Source of the DNA: a virus
Length of the DNA: 44,896 nucleotides
Strand: one strand, 5' to 3'
UHGV virus genome: UHGV-0338188
The notes beneath the pieces were generated by a model, which saw only the letters and a program-made list of their open reading frames with translations, was not told the origin of the DNA and made no database searches. Shown one piece after another: positions 19,801-29,126 of the stretch; the stretch's first letter is position 1, and each line of letters starts with the position of its first letter. The position numbers and the translations under genes are program-made.

Positions 19801-20073
19801 AAATCGCTTTCAAATGTCGCAATTCCGGTCATGGATAACCTGACAGGATTCGCAATAAATAGCGCAGGCATTTCCGGCGGTGCGGATGATCCAACCAACA
19901 AAGCCATTTTAAGTGCTATCATGGAACAAAATGAAATATTGCGCCAGATTCTAGCGAAGAACACCGATGTCATTTTGAATGGCCGTGTTGTTTCACAAGA
20001 ATTGTTGCCGGAATTGGATAAACAGCGTGCAAGAAATCAAGTGTTAGAAAGACGAAAAGAAGGGAAGAAATAG
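13873..20073 (+). CDS. tape measure protein with C-terminal M23 peptidase-like and SLT lytic transglycosylase-like domains
   Basis: 2066 aa. The central region is hydrophobic. HQAID (HxxxD) and HIH motifs lie at about 19075..19290. ESNGDPNAIN...GLMQV lies at about 19430..19510. Confidence 0.85.
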   Translation: MADGKRIGGAFLDFQVDYSQLKTFLSTMNSLSDQTNKQISGIGSVIESTIQKTKNLTKETASGANQQKNAMSNIMTQYANASKKVEEMTNSISKTKSTSSNATKSILSDSKSIAGESSKTAFKMSQSTSQAFDSMKKDSRSLNQTLVAGMKANVQEFGQSFKNLGSTFSGIASSIINTFKKIPSGIASIPKTIATQMKNLAGSITSGFARAKDSAISQIKKIPDAVRSAGNSIKTGFATAFNTVVSTATNVVNKTNRAIQTLPQTISRAGSAIKNGFSNGIKAIPQIASNVARTAGNAFSSIGTTVKNVASASGSAMKSFLSSGMQNVLSKARSVFPGVKKQIQDGVDEPAKTASLSLGKIAGAIGVMKVASKAFSMIGSSMEGAINRIDTLANADRVFENMGFKAEETQKMMQALNKSITGLPTALNDAVSGVQLLASSTGDIGKSQKIFEALNNGILGFGGSADMVNNAIVQLSQSFSNGKVDAETWNSMINSGLGPALNAIAKQMGKTAGELKTGLSEGNISVKDFQDRLIELNEKGGGGLKSLQQIAQDATKGIKTSIANFKTSVTRGVAEIIKAFDKFITAVTGKGVADWIGTFASGFEAGLKKVASGFEAVTPLAKKLYDTLKPFAPVIGGVVAGLLAMGGINSTIFAISKLSGVFATFTKALWANPIGLVVGLIVTLGVVFYNTYKKSETFRKSVDNLLKPLKKVGEMAQLAGKMIQLYLFGEYTQDKGEQFAKTRKALEEMLPKQVVDAFVKQIQRVSDAKEKLTTIIKAISLSFQDLKPEEYGEKMKSLHDYLGQFIPQEQLNAIWVRIANFNNAINQFKDLFSIFYDALKGNFKDFNQLYEEYGDIFDISQLFDIVYISQILNQVGDTFRSAFTQIKQAILTGITEGDFTQLYTLIQQIAPTIIGMLLGGIPQIAIAGGRLLLSIADGMGLNIPQLITKLTTEILPNIVNTLVTGAITFVNVGIQWINNIIAGINQSLPTLLPIASGIISNLVTFIMQALPVIVQTGWTILSNLMDGIMQALPNLINIAVQLVVWLAQTIAQNLPIIVNKGMDIVLNLLQGILKKFPEWWEMAVKLIIQFGTKLAENFPSIVKKGWELLTKLVQGIGERIPALLAMVVRFMGDMFGKILEYLPDLIILGAKLIVALIKGLWEFGKGLGEFIGGFWDSLKKGFAQIDWGEIGRNVIDGIVKGFTKGFKKAKDAVTELAGNIGGWFKEKMGIKSPSRVMAKISQWVPAGVAVGVEKGAPLVGEAMDALTTRMTKTVQSADPTVKNEIKVESKPTSMPVDTKQIANDGSLNASAFNTGLQTIVPQVTNTIDTMAKAVDTTLTNQVPGMLSSGREWIATMNNGIIQTVPQLTTSVSSMVNQTNSRIDANDATMTRNGTEWGRNILSGFNSIYPQFINRVGQFTNDTVNRLRSINNTVLSIGRQYMQLLLNGINQLYGTVVSRVTALGNQMVSSLNSKRGGFYNAGTYLMNGLISGINAVKGSLNTTMNSVANAMVGGIGKGVNGVASGVNYIMGQVESKKRINSWNIPKYASGTDGHPEDGFAMVNDQPGSNYHEIVQRPNGETFIPKARNAVLWLEKGSKVVKASMTKQILKARKNAIPRYKNGVGDIDVADFIDDEDALKRFFQSKVNYSQIKSPWNGMTKTAVNMIGHASNDMIQTALSDFFSHGNFDGSLFAGGGAFNNVYTYLVDVAQKLMTKFPGLVPTSGYRPGDAYYHGKHQAIDLAYPGVSNDPRYTTIANYAFEKFKNQIAYVITNGRVRDRMGLSGTGASGNWVTWPAHDHFDHIHLNGAFGGGQLQSGGGGGVEKWRGLAIKALRMEGQYSPANLNALLNQMRTESNGDPNAINLWDPNALKGTPSKGLMQVIDPTFRAYARPPYNKNIFDPISNILASIRYTLRTYGSLIAGWRGVGYANGGMVTKDGLYRMGEGNKAEMVIPLTKPQRAMELIMQAIQYMGGGGLIKSLSNVAIPVMDNLTGFAINSAGISGGADDPTNKAILSAIMEQNEILRQILAKNTDVILNGRVVSQELLPELDKQRARNQVLERRKEGKK

Positions 20074-20074
20074 A

Positions 20075-21622
20075 ATGGTAGATCAAAAAGAGTTCCGAGG
20101 AACAAAAATGATCGTTGATGGGAAAAGGCTTTCGAGCCTTTTCCAGATCAACAAGATCAGTCGGCCATCAACACCGGTCGAACACGACAAGCAAGAAACG
20201 CAGTTCGGTTATAGATACATCCGGACAAAAGAAAAGGATAACACCTTGAAAATCGATATAACCATCCGATCAAACGAAATCAATGACTTTCGTCCGGTTT
20301 CTGATTTAAGGGATGACATCGTTCGGGAGTTATACAAAGACGGTTTGAGAAAGTACCAGTTTACCGATCAGCCAGATCGCTATTGGGAAGGGAAATTCGA
20401 TGGATCGTTAGAATTAGAATATATCAACAAGCGAAACGCAAAAACTACGATTGAATTGTGGATTCCGGCAGGACATGCTATTTCGGCATTAAACGAAAAA
20501 GAATTCACGAATGACGTTGAAAACAATCCTGGTGTAATCAATGCAGTAAACGGCGGAACAAGACGAGTTTATCCATTGGCAGAAGTTCTTTTTACTAAAG
20601 AGTGTGGATATATCGCATTTATGAACGAAAGTGGAAATCTATTGCAGTTTGGCAATCCGGACGAAGTAGACGGAACAGTCAAAGAAAAGAATGAACTTTT
20701 GTTCGATGATCATATGCAACAAGAACGGCCGGGGTGGGTTAGAAACCAGGGTATCACACCGCCAGTCACTTATCGCAGGGATCAAGTGGGAACAGTCAGC
20801 TATATTGATGATTCGGCCAACTATCCAGACGTTCCGAACGAAGGTTATTTCAGATGTTACAACTACGGAGATACAACCTTGCCAAGTTGGCACGGATTGG
20901 CTATGACGAAAGAAATTCCATTGCCATCAGATGGGGAATATCCTACGAATTTTCATTCGTCATTCCGTTTCGATTTTAATAATGACGGACTAGCGAACAA
21001 AGAAAAACCGGCTAGGATCGGCCATTTTTCCGTGACATATTCGGACGAAAACGACAATATCATTTGTTCGTTTGGCATTGAGGACAACAATCCATCAGCA
21101 GAAAAGAGCGACATGTTTTTCTATATTGGGAACAAACGTGTATTCGATGATCGTAATACGACAAAATATTATACAAATCAGCGATATCCAGGAAGATGGA
21201 TCACGATTGAAAAAGTGGGTAATGTGATCACGATGCGTGCGCAGGCTTACGGAGTAACCAAAACATTTACCATTCCGAGTGATGCCAATTTCGGCACGTT
21301 GAGAAAAGTCACAGTGTATCATGCACAATATAAAAATCATAAGGTAATGGGGAACATTGTTTTTCGTGCTTTGCAGGTAACAAAATACAATACAAAATAT
21401 TGGTCAGATTTCAAAAACATTTTCCAACCAGGGGATTTTCTTTCGATCGATTTCGAAGGACGTTCGATCATGCGGAACGGCCAACCGCTCGACAAATTAG
21501 GCGCATACGGCAACGAATGGTTTCCGTTAGTTCCTGGAGAAAATGAGGTGGTTGTCAGTTATTCAGATTGGGTTATCGAACCGCCACAAGTAAAAATGAA
21601 ATTTAAGGAGTTGTGGTATTAA
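20075..21622 (+). CDS. distal tail protein (Dit)
   Basis: 515 aa immediately after the tape-measure gene. Confidence 0.65.
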   Translation: MVDQKEFRGTKMIVDGKRLSSLFQINKISRPSTPVEHDKQETQFGYRYIRTKEKDNTLKIDITIRSNEINDFRPVSDLRDDIVRELYKDGLRKYQFTDQPDRYWEGKFDGSLELEYINKRNAKTTIELWIPAGHAISALNEKEFTNDVENNPGVINAVNGGTRRVYPLAEVLFTKECGYIAFMNESGNLLQFGNPDEVDGTVKEKNELLFDDHMQQERPGWVRNQGITPPVTYRRDQVGTVSYIDDSANYPDVPNEGYFRCYNYGDTTLPSWHGLAMTKEIPLPSDGEYPTNFHSSFRFDFNNDGLANKEKPARIGHFSVTYSDENDNIICSFGIEDNNPSAEKSDMFFYIGNKRVFDDRNTTKYYTNQRYPGRWITIEKVGNVITMRAQAYGVTKTFTIPSDANFGTLRKVTVYHAQYKNHKVMGNIVFRALQVTKYNTKYWSDFKNIFQPGDFLSIDFEGRSIMRNGQPLDKLGAYGNEWFPLVPGENEVVVSYSDWVIEPPQVKMKFKELWY

Positions 21623-23079
21623 TGGCAGAATTTTATTTTGCGGATAGACGTATGGAAATTCAAGCCGTTGGATCGACTGATGAAACAGATGCGATTTTGG
21701 TCATGGAAGATGATTTACAAGAAACATTGAAAACGGCATCCGGCATCTATACGATCACGATTTCCACGCTATCTGAGAAGTACAAACCGGCAGATATACA
21801 GGAATACACGAAAATTTTGAATTATATTCTTGTAAAACGTCCGGATTCGAATAAGTGTGATTATTATACGATCATGGATATTGAAGAAGATTACGAGAAT
21901 TTCACAAGATCGCTGACAGTTGAAAACGCCGGACTTGATCTATTGAATGAAATTTTGCCACCGTGGGGATTGCCGGCCGATCAACACAACATTGTTTGGT
22001 ATATGGAAAAAGCGATATACGATTCCGGGTTCGTGATCGGCATCAACGAATACGGAAGCGACAACCGAAGGAAATTGCAATGGGATGGATCGAGTACAGC
22101 TTTAGAAAGAGCGCAATCGATTGCCACACAATTTGACAATTGCGAATTAGGCTTTTCTTTTGAGGTAAAAGGCTTGCAGGTAACGAAAAAATATTTGGAT
22201 ATTTACAAGCATCGAGGATCACAGGAAAGAAAGCAATTGTTTTTCGGTCGTGAGATCAAAAACATCAAAAAGACTGAAAGTGCCTATGATCTCGCAACGG
22301 CATTGCAAGCGACAGGCGGAACACCAGAAGGCAAAGAAACGCCAATCAATCTATATAGTTATGTGGGATCAAGCGACAATGGCCGATATTACACCGAAAA
22401 AAATTCGTACTATGTGAAAGATCGGGATGCTTTACAGATTTATAGCCGATACATTGCGCCGAACGAAACCGGGAAAGATGTCGGGCATATTGTGGCGCAA
22501 TACAGTTACGAAACAACGAGCCAATCAGAGCTATTCAATCGAACCGTTGCCGAGTTGAAAAAAAGAAACCATCCAACAGAAGGATGGGAAGTTGAATTGT
22601 ATTATATGCCGGATGGCTTATCAGTTGGCGATGAGGTGGCCATATTGCATCCGGAACGTGATTTGTATTTGGAAGCCAGGGTGGAAGAAATAACCTATTC
22701 GATAACCGGTTTACCAACCGTTAAATTTGGAGATTTCTTGCAGGTTGATTCCGGGATCGATGAGGACTTGCAAAAAATGGCCGATGCCATCGCTAACATT
22801 GAAAAAACACAAATCTATTATAGAATTGTATTTGTATCAACTAACGGATTTAATTTTATGAATGGCGAAGGTTATTCGGATGTTACTGCGCTTGTGTTCA
22901 AAGGAAATGAAGACGTAACAGAAGCATTCGAACCAGAACGATTCGTGTGGCAAAAGTACGATGATCAAGGCGTACATGATACCGAATGGGAAGCACAACA
23001 CAACGGCACAGGCAACACGATTCGCATTTATGGGAATGATCCGGCAAATTATAGCGTTGACATTACGAAGGAGGAATGA
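21613..23079 (+). CDS. tail-associated protein (Tal / tail-tip endopeptidase family)
   Basis: 488 aa; lies between Dit and the receptor-binding protein. Confidence 0.55.
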   Translation: MVLMAEFYFADRRMEIQAVGSTDETDAILVMEDDLQETLKTASGIYTITISTLSEKYKPADIQEYTKILNYILVKRPDSNKCDYYTIMDIEEDYENFTRSLTVENAGLDLLNEILPPWGLPADQHNIVWYMEKAIYDSGFVIGINEYGSDNRRKLQWDGSSTALERAQSIATQFDNCELGFSFEVKGLQVTKKYLDIYKHRGSQERKQLFFGREIKNIKKTESAYDLATALQATGGTPEGKETPINLYSYVGSSDNGRYYTEKNSYYVKDRDALQIYSRYIAPNETGKDVGHIVAQYSYETTSQSELFNRTVAELKKRNHPTEGWEVELYYMPDGLSVGDEVAILHPERDLYLEARVEEITYSITGLPTVKFGDFLQVDSGIDEDLQKMADAIANIEKTQIYYRIVFVSTNGFNFMNGEGYSDVTALVFKGNEDVTEAFEPERFVWQKYDDQGVHDTEWEAQHNGTGNTIRIYGNDPANYSVDITKEE

Positions 23080-26000
23080 AAATGGCGAATTTAGTTTCGG
23101 GCAGTTTCAAATCAACGAACGTAAACGATGGAGCAGATGCAAGATTGCTGATGCTTGAAACATCGGGAAACGTGATCGGGTTTGATGCAGAAGGAAAAGC
23201 AGTGCCAGGGCAAAAAGTAGATATTGTTGCATACATTCAAAATATAGAGGGTTCGCCGGTATTCACGGCGATCCCTTACATTGGAGAAACAGCACAAACA
23301 CCGATCACATTAAAAGGATCGGGAAATGCTAGGTATATCACAGGGGAAGAATGGAATAAAGATTGGAACAGATTGATTGTTTCAGTATCGTTGGCAGGTT
23401 TCACAGATTCCACCACGATCGCAAAGGTGCAGGATGGTTCGGGTAAAGATGGCCAAAATGCTATTGTCGGCCTATTAACTAACGAAGCCATCACGTTATC
23501 CGCAGATGAAAATGGAAATATCCCGGACTTTTCCACAGCTACCGGAGAATTTCAAATTTACGATGGATTGACGAAAGTCACAGAAGGCGTTTCTTTTGCG
23601 ATTTCCGGCCAAGTAGGTGCATCCGGTACAATTAACCAGAACGGCGTTTACAACGTCACAGCAATAACAGCAGACACAGCAACGATCGAATTCAAAGCAA
23701 CGTACAAAGGAACGGAGATTGTTAAAAAATTAAGCCTGGCAAAATCTCGCAAAGGGCAACCAGGTAAAAACGCCAATTTGCTTTATTTATCCGTTTCAAA
23801 CAATGTGATCGTATTTGATGCAAACGATGTCGCATTTCCTAACCAACGTATTTCGATCGTGGCAAAGTTGCAAAACATTTCCGGCACAGCCACATTCAAA
23901 GCAATCCCTTACATCAACGCAACAGCACAACCAGGAATTGCATTATCGGGTTCGGGCAATGATCGATACATTTCCGGGGAAAATTGGGATAAGCGATGGA
24001 CGAGCCTATCAGTTACGGCAACGATCGGGGAATTAAGCGATCAAACAACCATTTATAAGATCAGCGAAGTAAAAGGAGCGGACGGAAAAAACACGATCAT
24101 CGGCATCTTGACGAACGAATCGATCACGATTTCAGCGGATGCAAATGGGAACGTTCCGGACTTCACGAAGGCAACAGGAACATTTCAGATTTACGATGGC
24201 ATCGCATTGGTTGATCCGAAAAACGTCACTTATGCAGTTCAGACACAGACAGGCGCAACGGCTACGATCGGCACAAATGGCGTTTATAAAATAACCGCAA
24301 TGAGTGCAGACACAGCAACAGTCGTTTTCAAGGCTACTTATGGCGGAGTTGAGAGAACGAAACAATTATCCATTGCAAAATCAAAAGCCGGCCAAAAAGG
24401 CGAAGCAGGTAACGGCATCAAGTCAACGAAAACACAATATCAAAGATCAGCAGACGGACAAACACCGCCAACAGGCGCATGGCTTGATGAAATCCCGGTA
24501 GTTCCGCCAGGAGAATTCTTGTGGACGAGGGTCACGCAAACATTCGATGATAATACAACGTCAGTCGGTTATAGTGTTTCAAAAATGGGGGAAGACGGCG
24601 AAAAAGGCAAGGATTCATACGTTCACACGATGTTTGCGAATGATATTGATTTCGGAGATTATGACTATTCCGGAAATCCTAACTTGATGAAAACGGTCGA
24701 CTTTTCAAAACTAAGTCGATCAAGTTCAACAATTTTGAAACCATTTGATTATGTAAAAGATCATGGAACATATTTTGAAATAGATGGGAATGATTCATCA
24801 GCTAGCGGAGTTTCAAGAAATGTATTTATACCGTTGATAACACGATTACAAAAAGGATCAACTTATATCGCTACAATACCGATGATGATTTCAGAAGATT
24901 TTGGAACAGATTTCGGCGGTTCGCCTATCTATCCTTATAACGCAACCGATGGAAGTCAAACGCAAAGACCAGTTTTCATAAATCCGAATGAAAGTTGCCG
25001 TGGGGAATGGCAATATTTCAAAAAAACCTTTACTGTTCCAACCGATATGATAGATGGAAATATCGCGCCATTTTTGCAAATTTATCAAAAGGCAGATTTG
25101 CCAGGGAAATTATATATAGGCTATGATATTAAGATCGAAAAAGTAACATCGGCAACGGATCAAGCAACTCCTTATCAGCCGAACCTTATCGAAGAACCGT
25201 ATCAAATAAGCCATGAACCTTTAGGGAAAAATATTGCCGATCCTACAAAAACATTTCCTATTAAGTCTAGTGGTTCAGTATTATATCAAGGTACTATGAC
25301 AGAACCGTTTGTTGTAGGAGAAACTTATACAATTACAATAAAAGGAACAAAACCATCAACTCAACTCTTTAGAGTTTTTAACCCCGGCATTGCTGGGTAT
25401 GGTAACCTGTCACCCGTGGAAGGTCTAACAGATGTGTGGTCATTAACTTTTACACCGAATAACGTAGCTTCTGATCCTAAAATACTTCAAATAATTCAAA
25501 CGCCATATGCCAGTATAGGCGCATGTCAAATTGAGTGGCTCAAGATTGAAAAAGGCAACACACGAACACCAAACATCGATGCTTTCGAATACGTTGGATT
25601 TTATACCGGAGAATTGGCAGAAGCACCAAGCGATCCGACAATGTACAAATGGAACAAGATTAAAGGCGAAGACGGTGTGGGGCTAGAATCAACAGAAATC
25701 TTTTATGTAGGTTCAACAAACGGACAAACGCCACCAGAAAGTGGATGGCAAACAACTGTTCCTAACGTGCCACAAGGTCAATACATGTGGACGAAGATTG
25801 TGTGGACTTATTCGGATGATTCCATAAAAACCGCTTATTCAGTGGGTAAAATTGGTGCTAATGGAACAAACGGAAATGATGGCTTGCCTGGAAAAGATGG
25901 CGTAGGGATCGATGATACGTTGTTTGAATATGCTATCAATACAAGTGGCACAGTTAGACCTACCAGTGGATGGTCTACAAATATGCCAAGTGTTCCACAA

Positions 26001-28964
26001 GGTCAATATTTGTGGACGAGAGTCACATGGACTTACACCGACAACACAACAGAACAAGGCTATATAGTAGCTAGACAAGGAGAAAATGGTGCTGATGGTA
26101 AAGATGGCGTGAGTGTTAAAACTATCACAACGACATACCAGGCAGGCACAAGCGGAACGACACCGCCAACAGGCGCATGGCTACCGACACCGCCGTCCGT
26201 TGCTGAAAATCAATTCTTGTGGACGAAGATCGAAATTTCATTGGATAATGGTACGAAAAGCACAGGTTATTCCGTTGGTAAAATGGGAGCGCAAGGACAG
26301 CCGGGAGAAAAAGGCGATCCAGGTGCGCCAGGAACGCCAGGAAACGGCATCAAATCATCATCCGTCACTTATCAAGTTTCAACAAGTGGAACAACTACGC
26401 CAACAGGAACATGGGTATCGACACCGCCGGCAGTGCCACAAGGTCAATATTTGTGGACAAGAACAGTGCTGACATTCGACAACGGACAAAGCGTGACCGC
26501 CTATGCAGTAAGTAAAGCCGGAATAGATGGCGAAAATGGATTGAATAACGATAACATGGTTTTCAACAACCGTTTTGAGAAATTCAATGAATGGCCACAA
26601 AATTCGATGGGTTGGTACAAAACACAATTCACGCAGGCAACACAACCAGAAACAGACAAGCCAACAAACAATATTTTGAAAATTGGTGGCGATGCATCTA
26701 GTGGATCACGCTATACATTTTCAAGAAACATCGCAGTCGTTTCGGGTACTACGATCGAATTATCGTTTGATGCGAAACTATCGAGATTATTCACGAATAA
26801 AAACATCGCTATCATTCGGATGTTTGATGCCGAACATGCGAATTCATCCAACCAAACGGATACAGTTGGCGGAAACAGCTACATCAATCTATTTACAGAT
26901 GGAACGGCAAATGCAGGCGCAGGCGTGACAGAATATGACGGAAAAAATACACCGATCACGACCGCAAATGTCTGGTATCGATACAAGGTTCGATTTTTAG
27001 TTCCGGATAACGTGACGAATGTCAAAATGTTTTTCATCACGACCGATCCGAATGCATCATCATTCCTTTTCGTTCGTGATCCACAAGGCGTGATCTACAA
27101 AGATTTAAACGCCAACACAAGAAACTTTGCGCTTGATTCACGTTTTCCAAGTGCCAAAACAATCGGTACAACTACGACACGAAGAAAGAACATTCAGCTT
27201 TCAAGACCGACAAAAGCAGGCGAAAAATATACGATTGCATTCGATTATTCATTGATTTCCGGAACGCTAACCAGTCAAATTCAAGTTGTTTTGGCAGACA
27301 AGAACGAAGCAGGCAAAGGAAACGTTTTGCTTAATACGTCCGGCAACAAAAACAGATTAGTCGGAGAGATCACAGCAACCGGCGAAGCCGATCGTTTGCA
27401 AATTTTTCACGGTGTGAATGGAGCAACAACAGAAGCCACGAATTACGAGTTTGAAAAAATCATGTTTAATTTAGGCGATAAAACATTCGACTATGAACAA
27501 GCGCCAGAAGATGGGTTCAGCACAACGAATGTTTGGCCGAATAGTTCATGGAACATTGGAAAAGGGGCATGGGTATTCACAGATGATCAGTTCGAAATTT
27601 TAGAACCAGAAACAGATAAACCAGAATCATCGATCCTACACGGTAAGCCTAGAAATGTAAGTTATCAACAAGCCTACCAGATGCCACATCCAAGATTTGT
27701 GAATGCAGGAGATATTGTACACATTTCGTTTGATTACAAAGAAAAAAACCGAACGAAAGATACTTTGCTTGCTATAATACGAATTTTTCCGGAAAAAGAC
27801 ACAGCTAACAGCGGAGCAAATGCATTGGCTGAAAAACCTATAAAACCATCTGTTTTGGGTTGGAGTTTGGCAAACAATACTGATTGGGTAAACGTGGACT
27901 ACGTTTTCCGATCAACGGTTTCCGGATGGCTCGAAGTCTTGATGTACGATGATGATGTAACCGGCAATCACGAAAGTTTTTATCGTGAAATATTCGTAAC
28001 CAATGCAGGAAAGTTGCATGGCGAATGGAGTCCGGCACAAGTTGACTTTGCAACGCAAATCGACGGCATTCCAAAAGTGTTCGTACAAGCAAACATGCCA
28101 ACCGATCCAAGCATCAAAAATGGGGATCAATGGTGGGTACAGTCCGGAAACAAAGTGACATCGATCAAGGTATATGGAAATGGCGCATGGCACGATCAAG
28201 CGATCGATCAAGCCGTTTTGAATATCGTGCAATTGAATGCCGTCAATATCAACGGATCAGTCGTGAATGGTTCGCAGTTTATCAATACGTTTGACATTAA
28301 AGACAGCGATCATTCGAAAATGAAGGGTACGACTAAAATCCAAGATGGATTCATTATGCAAGATGTGGAAAATATCGGTTTGGATGCTTCAGGAGCAGAA
28401 ACAAAAAAATTTCTTGAAAGCCATATGCGTTTGGCTTACGGTAGCTTTTTATCACAAAGCACGTTGTTTGATGATCAAGGGAAGGAAACAAGCAACTCAT
28501 CATCTAATTTAACCGGTGGATATTTAAATCTTACTTTGAAAGATTCAAGCGGTACTTACAACGGAACACTTGATGCGAAAGCCTTATCGAATACAGGTTG
28601 GAAAACATTCCGATTAGGGCCGTTGTTTGAGGTCAAAGAAGGAAATCCACCACAATATAGAATTTTCTATCAATTGGATGGATCAAAACTTGTCAAATTC
28701 CGTGGTCAGTTCGGTTTAAAATCTGGAAATATGCGAAAAGGATCAACTTACTATCCTTTCAAAACCGAAAATAATGCGAGTTCGGGAGAAAACTACGTTC
28801 CGGCAGAAATCACGCCAGACGTGACAGCATTCGGATATGGCGCAACAAGTACGGCAGAAGGCGGACGACTTGCAGCTAGCACCGCAGGAAACATTTTGCT
28901 TTTCCCAGCATCCGACACGTCTTATTGTTCGATCGAAGCATTCCAATACATTATCGAACGTTAA
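23076..28964 (+). CDS. receptor-binding / tail fibre protein with collagen-like Gly-X-Y runs and multiple internal repeats
   Basis: 1962 aa. Two tandem roughly 200-aa modules near the N-terminus. Five copies of a TPPTGAW..VPQGQYLWT module. GEKGDPGAPGTPG and GNDGLPGKDG runs. Confidence 0.75.
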   Translation: MKMANLVSGSFKSTNVNDGADARLLMLETSGNVIGFDAEGKAVPGQKVDIVAYIQNIEGSPVFTAIPYIGETAQTPITLKGSGNARYITGEEWNKDWNRLIVSVSLAGFTDSTTIAKVQDGSGKDGQNAIVGLLTNEAITLSADENGNIPDFSTATGEFQIYDGLTKVTEGVSFAISGQVGASGTINQNGVYNVTAITADTATIEFKATYKGTEIVKKLSLAKSRKGQPGKNANLLYLSVSNNVIVFDANDVAFPNQRISIVAKLQNISGTATFKAIPYINATAQPGIALSGSGNDRYISGENWDKRWTSLSVTATIGELSDQTTIYKISEVKGADGKNTIIGILTNESITISADANGNVPDFTKATGTFQIYDGIALVDPKNVTYAVQTQTGATATIGTNGVYKITAMSADTATVVFKATYGGVERTKQLSIAKSKAGQKGEAGNGIKSTKTQYQRSADGQTPPTGAWLDEIPVVPPGEFLWTRVTQTFDDNTTSVGYSVSKMGEDGEKGKDSYVHTMFANDIDFGDYDYSGNPNLMKTVDFSKLSRSSSTILKPFDYVKDHGTYFEIDGNDSSASGVSRNVFIPLITRLQKGSTYIATIPMMISEDFGTDFGGSPIYPYNATDGSQTQRPVFINPNESCRGEWQYFKKTFTVPTDMIDGNIAPFLQIYQKADLPGKLYIGYDIKIEKVTSATDQATPYQPNLIEEPYQISHEPLGKNIADPTKTFPIKSSGSVLYQGTMTEPFVVGETYTITIKGTKPSTQLFRVFNPGIAGYGNLSPVEGLTDVWSLTFTPNNVASDPKILQIIQTPYASIGACQIEWLKIEKGNTRTPNIDAFEYVGFYTGELAEAPSDPTMYKWNKIKGEDGVGLESTEIFYVGSTNGQTPPESGWQTTVPNVPQGQYMWTKIVWTYSDDSIKTAYSVGKIGANGTNGNDGLPGKDGVGIDDTLFEYAINTSGTVRPTSGWSTNMPSVPQGQYLWTRVTWTYTDNTTEQGYIVARQGENGADGKDGVSVKTITTTYQAGTSGTTPPTGAWLPTPPSVAENQFLWTKIEISLDNGTKSTGYSVGKMGAQGQPGEKGDPGAPGTPGNGIKSSSVTYQVSTSGTTTPTGTWVSTPPAVPQGQYLWTRTVLTFDNGQSVTAYAVSKAGIDGENGLNNDNMVFNNRFEKFNEWPQNSMGWYKTQFTQATQPETDKPTNNILKIGGDASSGSRYTFSRNIAVVSGTTIELSFDAKLSRLFTNKNIAIIRMFDAEHANSSNQTDTVGGNSYINLFTDGTANAGAGVTEYDGKNTPITTANVWYRYKVRFLVPDNVTNVKMFFITTDPNASSFLFVRDPQGVIYKDLNANTRNFALDSRFPSAKTIGTTTTRRKNIQLSRPTKAGEKYTIAFDYSLISGTLTSQIQVVLADKNEAGKGNVLLNTSGNKNRLVGEITATGEADRLQIFHGVNGATTEATNYEFEKIMFNLGDKTFDYEQAPEDGFSTTNVWPNSSWNIGKGAWVFTDDQFEILEPETDKPESSILHGKPRNVSYQQAYQMPHPRFVNAGDIVHISFDYKEKNRTKDTLLAIIRIFPEKDTANSGANALAEKPIKPSVLGWSLANNTDWVNVDYVFRSTVSGWLEVLMYDDDVTGNHESFYREIFVTNAGKLHGEWSPAQVDFATQIDGIPKVFVQANMPTDPSIKNGDQWWVQSGNKVTSIKVYGNGAWHDQAIDQAVLNIVQLNAVNINGSVVNGSQFINTFDIKDSDHSKMKGTTKIQDGFIMQDVENIGLDASGAETKKFLESHMRLAYGSFLSQSTLFDDQGKETSNSSSNLTGGYLNLTLKDSSGTYNGTLDAKALSNTGWKTFRLGPLFEVKEGNPPQYRIFYQLDGSKLVKFRGQFGLKSGNMRKGSTYYPFKTENNASSGENYVPAEITPDVTAFGYGATSTAEGGRLAASTAGNILLFPASDTSYCSIEAFQYIIER

Positions 28965-28984
28965 AAGCAATTCCATTTATGGTG

Positions 28985-28993
28985 TGGCATAAT
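28985..28993 (+). promoter_or_regulatory. extended -10-like element (TGGCATAAT) upstream of the lysis leader
   Basis: TGnCATAAT with one mismatch in the hexamer; lies directly after the fibre gene stop. Confidence 0.35.
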
Positions 28994-29017
28994 AAAAAGG
29001 AAAGGAGGTGAAACCCT

Positions 29018-29065
29018 ATGCATTACACGAACAACTCAGTCGATGAAAGAGGGAAACCGGTATAG
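29018..29065 (+). CDS. candidate leader peptide (15 aa, MHYTNNSVDERGKPV)
   Basis: Perfect RBS GGAGGTG with a 7-nt spacer. Followed by alternative hairpins (29070..29095) and motif copy 4. Confidence 0.3.
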   Translation: MHYTNNSVDERGKPV

Positions 29066-29095
29066 TAACAATCCGGGTTTTCCCCGATCCGGATT

Positions 29096-29109
29096 GTTTC
29101 ATGTGGAAC
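29096..29109. promoter_or_regulatory. motif copy 4 (GTTTCATGTGGAAC)
   Basis: Lies 4 nt upstream of RBS GGAGGTG of the first lysis-cassette gene. Confidence 0.5.
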
Positions 29110-29126
29110 AATCGGAGGTGAAAAAA

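Noticed and set aside
29043-29126. ATG at 29043 as the start of the first lysis gene, giving a 162-aa product
   Set aside because: It has no Shine-Dalgarno sequence. It overlaps the RBS-driven leader sORF out of frame and would read through the hairpin and motif. GTG 29127 with GGAGGTG is far more convincing.
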